Positions 61,997 through 64,000 of a stretch of 64,000 nucleotides of DNA are shown piece after piece (the stretch's first letter is position 1; every line of letters begins with the position of its first letter). Source of the stretch: Torpedo marmorata (Eukaryota); contig OZ360221.1 of the NCBI GenBank assembly GCA_977017645.1, positions 188,604,001 through 188,668,000 of the forward strand. Reading direction: 5' to 3'. The notes under the pieces were generated by a model that did no database searches, had not been told where the DNA came from, and worked only from the letters and a program-made list of their open reading frames with translations. Made by a program: the position numbers and the translations under genes.

Positions 61997-64000
61997 GTAT
62001 GTTGGTGAGCTCTCATTTTTAATGTCTGATTGAAATTCACAAATAAGGCTGAAAACAATGTTTCTTTAATAAGGTGTAATAAATATCTAAAAGACGGAGG
62101 GGTTAGATCGTTCCATTTAGACTGTACTGTAATTTCTTATTACAGATTAGTATCCACTTATTATTTATTAATATGTCACCAGCCATTGGTTTCCAAATTT
62201 AAAGATAATTTAATTTAGGAGGAGCTGCATTGCTGGTGCTGCAATTGGTCTCATTGTCCTTGAGTTAAGAAACGGTAAACAGTTGTTATTGCATTTCTAC
62301 TTCTTACACAGTCCCATATGGCTGACACACAGCTGCTTGACAAAATTGTAACCGCCTGAGAAATCCCAAGGAGTAATTTTTCTCTTCAGTGCCTGTTCCA
62401 GTTATGGGTAATCCACTCTGCCAATTCTCTACATGTGTGCCAAAGGTGAAACAAGCTTCATTGCCTGCTGAACTTGCCTACAGAGAATGGTCACTTGGGA
62501 GGGGTAGTACAGATTCATTAATACTTTTGCAAAATGTTCTTAGCAAAAGTTGTTGCACATTCATCAGATGAGGGGTATGGAAAAGAATTGGGATGAACTT
62601 CTTGTGTTACATCAGAAATTGTAATTTGGGGGCAAAAAAATCTGCATCTCTGCTTCTGAAGCTTTGAGCACATATTAGGAAATTGCCAATTTCAAGCATG
62701 TGATTTTTCCATCTGTTACAATTAATGGATGGGAAAGATTGAACTGGAAGTGCAGCGTTTTATTATGTGTTTTTTTCTGTCATGCATGTAAAGCACATGA
62801 ATTTTTACTTTGTTGTATTAGGTGCATTATATTTTTTTTCATGAATTAGTTTGCTCAGATCACAACGCATCTCACAAGCTACAAAAGCATCATACAAAGG
62901 TAATGAGCATAATGCAGAATCCCAGTTACCATCCACCTTTGGAGACAGTGAAAGGGCACTTGGAACCTTTTTTCTTAATTAAATGTTCTGCCTAATCTGC
63001 CGTCAATACTTCTAGCTAAGCCCATGTTTCAGGTTGATGTAAATACTGAGTCCATGTTTATATTTTTAATTTAAGTAAATGTAAGCTAATTGGAGATTGT
63101 CTCACATGTGATTTGATACTTTTGGATTCTTACAATTGTGAAATAATAACCTCAAACTGAAATCCCACTATGCATAAAATATATTTATCTGTTCCACCTA
63201 TGTTGTCCTTGGTATTCTGGTTCCTTCTAGCCTTCAGTGATTCTAATGATTGACAATTGGAATGTCAGCAAACACTGGCAGTCCCAGGCAGTGCATCTGT
63301 CAGATGTACGTATTTCATGTTCCCAGACAATAGCTAGAACCACTTTTAGAGATGACTAACCCTAAATAGTAAAATAATTATTCTTCTTTTGACATTATTC
63401 TATAAAATAGTTGGAGGCTTTAAGAAAGGCATTATTATTACCTTGTTTAGCTTTTAGGACAAATGCCAAGGCTCTATTCCCAAATGGCAAGCTGTAATAT
63501 ACAATTAATATAGTTCTGTAAAATGTAACCACATATTGCTCTTAACCTTGATGTCCACCTGATGAAGTATCTGTTTGTACTTTCTGAACCTGGGAATTGA
63601 ATTATTTTAAATCATAATGGTCTGAACTGGACCTGATCCTTGCTAAGGTTTTATAGTAAAGATCATCTTGAATCAACTCTTGAACTAGAAGATTAAACTG
63701 ATTAAAATTACCTGATCATCAAGAATGCTGAGTCTTCAGTCTTAATTTATGGTTCTAGCCTCAGGAGATTTATTTTGGCTGCTATTATAAATGAGTAAAA
63801 ATATCCATTACCCAAACTACCATTGAGAAAAGATTGGGATTTTGCCATGCGCAATGAGGTTTCAAAAATCACTATGAACAGGATTCAGACAACCCTTAAT
63901 TTCTTTGAGTGCCCCCACTTTTAGAACGAGTTAAGCAAAGATCTTCACTGTTTAAAGCATGCTCAGCAGCATACATCCTCTTTTGTGCAACATTTTATAG

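Noticed and set aside
63975-64000. Pyrimidine-rich ...cattttatag at the window end as the GALNT15 exon 4 acceptor
   Set aside because: Plausible but untestable because the downstream sequence is outside the window.

Overview
Repeat-dominated vertebrate DNA, probably from a cartilaginous fish (inferred from V-domain/HE1-type SINEs, CR1, Rex1 and Neptune-type Penelope elements). The only host gene I can support is the 5' part of GALNT15 on the + strand: exons 1-3 at about 48575-49068, 53340-53506 and 61792-61996, with a CpG-rich promoter and in-phase splice junctions. Most of the rest is nested transposable elements: a Gmr1-type Gypsy with a tRNA-Pro primer site plus a solo LTR, a very young full-length Gypsy (32714-37457), AT-rich L1s with TSDs, CR1, several Rex1 families, Penelope elements with minimal hammerhead ribozymes, V-SINEs, a hAT MITE and a non-autonomous RTE derivative. 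Four observations stand out. (1) The young Gypsy has no tRNA primer site; instead that position is complementary to the poly(A)-signal region of its own LTR, suggesting self-priming. (2) The same element carries a frame-preserving YY1/ETS/CRE motif array inside gag-pol. (3) The hAT MITE is filled with a palindrome of SINE 3' ends. (4) A 46-bp minisatellite carries a near-consensus 5' splice site in every full unit. Family assignments come from motif recognition by eye with no database search, and boundaries of degraded elements are approximate.
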